DNA of 64,000 bases, from assembly GCA_951406725.2 (NCBI GenBank), contig OX597829.1, forward strand, positions 41,974,001 to 42,038,000. Direction: 5' to 3'. The position numbers were made by a program, and so were the translations under genes. This stretch comes from Octopus vulgaris. Lineage: Eukaryota. The notes under the pieces were generated by a model. The model was given only the letters and a program-made list of their open reading frames with translations. It searched no databases and was not told the origin of the DNA. Shown here piece after piece: positions 56,794 through 64,000 of this stretch (position 1 is the first letter of the stretch; the number at the start of each line of letters is the position of its first letter).

Positions 56794-57697
56794 TATATAT
56801 ATATATATGTATTTCGGAGTAAGTTTTTAGCTACTTTAAAACTAAATAACCAATGCATGAAACAAAAAAAAAAAAAAGGGAAAGAAATAAAATTAACGAA
56901 GATAAGCGATAGAAAACATGAACAGAAAAAGAGACGAAAATAAAACAACAACGAATGTCCTAAAATTAGAAATCAGATACAAATGTTATATAGAAAAAAA
57001 AAAAAAAGGAAAAGAAAATTAATTGAACATAGAAATAGACATAAATTCAATTATTGCATTGTGTATATCAAAAATAGTTTTCGTTCAAGCCATTCAATAT
57101 ATTTAAGTGTTGGAAATTCCGACATATGAATACCATTACAAATTTAAAATTCATTGCCTATACATTTTTAATTTTTGAAAAATCTATTTTTGGTTTATAT
57201 TTTTATCTAATTTAAAAGTTTTTGAAATAAGATTGAACATACCGAGTGAATTATAAAAGCTTTCTTCAATTATATACATTTGAAAGCACTTCAGAATCCA
57301 CATTTTAACTAGAACTGTTCTTAATATTCTCTCTAGAGCACTCTTATCTCTTGTGACAAGCCATGCAAGTGGTCATGGAAACGAACAACTAGCTAGAATA
57401 CTAGAGCTAAATTAATCTTGATATGCTAAAAGTTGCTGTTTCGAAATTTAATATTGTCATATTTTGTTGTTGTTGTTGTTGTTATTGTGTATTTCGATAC
57501 GATGTTTTTTTTTTTTATTATTATTTATTTTTTTAAAAATCAAATCATGCGCGTATTATTTCTAAGGACGGAGATGAAACAACTACTATTGTCACAGTTT
57601 GAATATCTCAACTTGAATAAACAAAACACACACATATATACATAAATGCGCGCATATATTCAAACACACGCACATGCACTCATATATGTGTGTTTGC

Positions 57698-57728
<31 letters not shown>

Positions 57729-57763
57729 TTGTTGCTTTTTCAGATTTGTGATTTATATACGCG

Positions 57764-57808
<45 letters not shown>

Positions 57809-57978
57809 ACACACACACACACACACAGATGCACACAAAGTTATTCACACACGTACGCACACACACTAATGGCTGGATCTAAGTTGGCTTTGACGATGAG
57901 AATTCACTTGTTCGATCAACTGAATTTCTCAGTGAAGTGGCACGTGCGTGCGCACACGGGAATGTGCATGTGTGTTTG

Positions 57979-58032
<54 letters not shown>

Positions 58033-58139
58033 CGTATGTGTGTGTGTGCGCGCGCATGCATAGGCACACGTATACATGCGTACATAAAACATGAAACCTA
58101 ATGCCATACACTACCAAAAGGGAATCATTCAGGGTGATA

Positions 58140-59565
58140 GCTTGTCAGTACCGCTCTGTTCTCTCGTTAAGTTCTCCATCATACCTGACAATAAAACATA
58201 GCAGACGTTGCAATGGATCCAGTAACATTTCACCTTTCCTTTCTTAATGACTTGGAGTTGTGTGGGTCAGATATTAACCACATCAAAAAAGAAATGGATC
58301 TCAACCCAGTTCTTTAAAGACATTGCAATGAAATTTGGTGGATCCAAATGGTACTTTTGGTAGTAAAATGCAGGCAACTTGTGCCCTCATCCAAGACAAT
58401 AAATATGTTTGACTTATAAATAAAGAATTTATGCACTGGGAAAAGCTACAAGTATTTTGGATAAGATGAGAATATCTTCTATGATAAGGAGTAGAATAAA
58501 AAAAAGATGAGTAACTCAAGAGTTACTGAGTTCTCGGCTTACAATAAGCATATAGTCTACATCACCTTTTCAGTGCTTGTCTTCAAACCCACATTTGGCC
58601 TTCTGCTCTTGTCATTGCAAAAGCTCAACGAACTCGCAAGCTGTCGAGTATTACTGGAAACTTCAATATCATTGGGAATGTAGTCAGGTTGTACTTCTCA
58701 CGCAAGGATGGTAGTCGTGGTCTCAAATCTGTATTGATGTCATATGAAGCAGCAGCACATATTGTGACACTAAAACAACCTCTGCAGCAGAGGAAAGGGA
58801 GACCAATAACTATCTTACCCAATTTGTAAGCATGAAAACAGCATCATTAGGATAGGTAGTGAACTTGAGGAGAGGGATGAAATAGGAAATGATATTGGTC
58901 TCTCCTCAAACAGCATTGGTATATTCTGTTTATTGGAACAGCAAAATAAAAAGAAAATCGACTTGCTCACTGGGAAGTTATTTCATGGGTACTTGGCATG
59001 AAAGATGCAAGTCAAAGATGGAATGAACTATGCCAAAAACTTCACATAGTGTACCAATAATCCCACTTTGAAGGCTATTTCAAGGGATCCTTACTAACTA
59101 CCTGCAACATATGTTTCTTTATTAGCCGCACAGGGCTGCACACAGACAGGACAAATTACAAGGTAGAGCTTTTCTTTTGGTGGTAAAAAAAGGGGGTTTG
59201 GTTTTCGATCAAAAGGGATCGTAAAGGGAAAGAAAGAGGACAAAAAAAGGGGAATAAAAAAAAAAAAAAGAAAGAATACATTGATGGACAACAAATGTAA
59301 GGTTGTGCTGAACTAAAAACTGAAGACGTCTCAAAACCAGAAAGGAGAAAGCTAATGCAAAGACTACAGATCCAATCCATCACTGGAACTGTAAAAAACT
59401 GTAAAACTTTCCAGAAGTTTATTATTTAAATATATATGAGCATGTCTAGATATGCAAGTATATGCATGAGAATACATAGATTAACAAAACATACAAATCT
59501 GCACATATACATACACACACACACACACTCACACACACACGTACATAAATACATACATACATACA

Positions 59566-59599
<34 letters not shown>

Positions 59600-59733
59600 C
59601 ATACATACATACAAACAAACAAACTAAAATACTCTGTTGTTAATGTTGAAATTCCAATGAAGGAGACTTGTATCTAGGTTAGAAAAAGGTTCTTTCTGTA
59701 ATTCAAGAAATCTTGAAATAAACTGAACAATAA
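58140..59733 (+). mobile_element. Heavily decayed Dong/R4-type LINE related to 15955-19386
   Basis: Remnants SLSVPLCSL, AMKFGGSK, VVRLYFSRKDGSRGLKS, LQIQSITGTVKNCKTFQKF. The 3' end aaataaactgaacaataa runs into (CATA)n. Confidence 0.65.
59113..59280 (-). mobile_element. Tx1-type 3' UTR/tail fragment
   Basis: The minus strand ends ttgtcctgtctgtgtgcagccctgtgcggctaataaagaaac, like the tails at 1300-1365 and of SINE S2. Confidence 0.55.
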
Positions 59734-61892
<2,159 letters not shown>

Positions 61893-62297
61893 GTAGATAT
61901 TAAGATACACATACCAAATTATGTTGTGTTGCGAAATGACAGGAGAGTAAGGACTTTGGTTGTGTTACGGTGTGCATCCGGTAAGCTGTCACGCTTGCAT
62001 TTTTGCTATCACACTCAAGATCAGATACGCCGGTGTACACATTGAACAGATGAAAATAGGAACATATATATATATGTTCCACCTCCCTTGTCGAATGGCC
62101 TTAGGGCCGCCTTCTATCAGTTATGTCACTGCATGAATAAAGGCAAGCAGGATCTCTGCTCGACCTCACAAACATGCTTTTTACGATGCAAATGGCGCTC
62201 CACCGAACAATGGGTAAAAATATCCTGGACCTCTGCTTCACCAATAACGTGGCGCTCGTCCATAATGTTAAGGTGACACCAACGATTCTCTCGGATG

Positions 62298-63097
62298 ATA
62301 AATAGAGAATACCAAACGCGTTCCCTATGGATACCGTATTTATTACAACGAGTGGCTTGTAAACGTATCTAACTCGCTTTCGCTCGTTAGATACGTTTAC
62401 AAGCCACTCGTTGTAATAAATACGGTATCCATAGGGAATGAGTTTGGTATTTTATTTATTACACACGAATAAACGACCATATTTTATTAACCCAATAACT
62501 AAATTCTTCACATCGTGTTGAAGCGCGCATGAATACAGCTTGATTTCACGTCAGTGACGTCACAATGTGTAACTGTAAAAGATGTCATGCCGCAGGAAGA
62601 TAGTCCGACTTTATAGCGCTAAGTTTTCTGGTGAAATGACTGATAACTGATGACTGTTTAACATTTTGTTAACATTCAAGTTCACGTTGATAGATCTATC
62701 TGCACTGCAAGAGTATCGACGAGCAGACGATGAGCAGACAAAAAATATGAGCAGACAAAAAATATGAGCAGGCGAAAAATATGAGCAGACGAAAAATATG
62801 AGCAGACGAAAAATTGAATTACCACCAGAAATGTTTATATTTTATGTGTATATGACTTTAAGTGATATCTGGTATAAAAAAGATAGTATGTTTGTTTAAT
62901 TACATGGCTACATTCTACCTGCTCGTGAAAGTAATGAATGAAGTTTAGTTGTAACTTATGAATGACAAAAGTAGTGCCGTCACCGTGACCTCGGGTCTCA
63001 CCATGGATTGACCAATCAGAAGCAGCGCTCGCAGTATCTGACATATGTTAGATACCAAAAATATCTCAAAGTGTTCTCACTCACATGTGTGTAATAA
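62298..63097. mobile_element. Hairpin-headed non-autonomous DNA element (Crypton-like, unclassified)
   Basis: Removing it with one ataa restores the CR1 frame. Perfect 53-bp inverted arms at 62321-62373 and 62386-62438. Internal 17-bp tandem repeats. Confidence 0.7.
62731..62816. repeat. 17-bp minisatellite tgagcagac(a/g)aaaaata, 5 copies
   Basis: Directly visible. Confidence 0.9.
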
Positions 63098-63362
63098 CTT
63101 TATAGAACTAACAATGTGTGGTCCACAGAAAACTGCGGATTTGCGGACTGCTAGAAACACGCAATTCCACTCCAGCCTGAACTTTGATAAAGCTGATTGG
63201 AAGGGTATTGAGAAAGAGGTCATGAAACAAAACTGGACTACCAGTACCTCTACGCAAGGTGCTGACATAAAACTACAGCTCTTTATGACAATCATGCATG
63301 ACATATATAGAAAACTTGCTTCTGAGAGAATGCCAAACCAGTAGAAAAATATAATTCCCAGG

Positions 63363-63661
63363 CGAAAAAAATGGCGGCGAACTGGCAGAAACGTTAGTAA
63401 AGGCAGCGAGCTGTCAGAAACGTTAGTAAAGGCAGGGAGCTGGCAGAAACGTTAGCATGCTGGTCGAAATGCTTAGAGGTATTTCGTCTGCCGTTACGTT
63501 CTGAGTTGAAATTTCGCCGAGGTCGACTTTGCCTTTCATCCTTTCGGGGTCGATAAATGAAGTACCAGTTACGCACTGGGGTCGATGTAATCGACTTAAT
63601 CCGTTTGTCTGTCCTTGTTTGTCCCCTCTGTGTTTAGCCCCTCGTGGGCAATAAAGAAATA
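63363..63661 (+). mobile_element. SINE S2 with triplicated 5' A-box segment and 20-bp TSD
   Basis: TSD agaaaaatataatt c(c/t)cagg at 63343-63362 and 63662-63681. Confidence 0.9.
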
Positions 63662-64000
63662 AGAAAAATATAATTCTCAGGGACAGAAGGATTCTAATGT
63701 GACGACGAGCAAAAATTTCAAACCGTCTAAATGGGCCACTTGAGGATAGTAAACGAACGTATCTCAAACAAAACGAACTCAATTATTCCTATGAAAAGGA
63801 GAGGGTAGAGAAAGAAACCATGATTGTCAAAAATATTAAGACAAGCTCTAAAAACATCTATAGATTTGCATTGAGTCTGCTTCAGTACGGTACACTGTTT
63901 CGAAGAAAATGGCTCATCGACTGCAGATACTCAGAAGACAAGTGAAATACTGGATGTACAGAATGTTTTCACATCTCCGTCGGGACACTTGCAAATAGCT

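Larger units (their letters stand above)
62060..64000 (+). mobile_element. Decayed CR1-clade LINE ORF2 (APE C-terminus and linker), twice interrupted
   Basis: GKNILDLCFTNNVALVHNVKVTPTILSD|DNFIELT..NFDKADWKGI...ILRDRRILM*RRAKI..KNIKTSSKNIYRFA. Confidence 0.8.

Noticed and set aside
62719-62816. Short direct repeats resembling a CRISPR array
   Set aside because: Head-to-tail 17-mers without unique spacers, no cas genes, and a eukaryotic context.

Overview
Very AT-rich, microsatellite-saturated animal genomic DNA, intergenic or intronic. The SINE, Dong/R4 and Penelope content points to a coleoid cephalopod, most likely Octopus (inference). No intact host protein-coding gene is visible, and almost all long ORFs in the track are microsatellite artefacts. 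The window is a mosaic of decayed mobile elements: about 9 Dong/R4-type LINE fragments abutting (TAA)n or (CATA)n, Tx1/L1-type 3' fragments, one RTE and one CR1 fragment, a deleted mariner, Merlin-like and hAT MITEs with clean TSDs, and many tRNA-derived SINEs from at least 3 families. The most notable signals are: (1) at least six hammerhead-ribozyme motifs in Penelope/retrozyme-like units, including a perfect one inside a ~370-bp terminally redundant unit embedded in (AT)n, and two unrelated ones that share a non-canonical CCGAAGA core; (2) a SINE whose 3' tail matches the 3' end of the local Tx1-type LINE; (3) a 4.6-kb foldback palindrome with three levels of nested insertions; (4) an ~800-bp hairpin-headed insertion whose two ends complete a palindrome when circularised (Crypton-like). 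All coordinates and pairings were read by eye and no searches were run.
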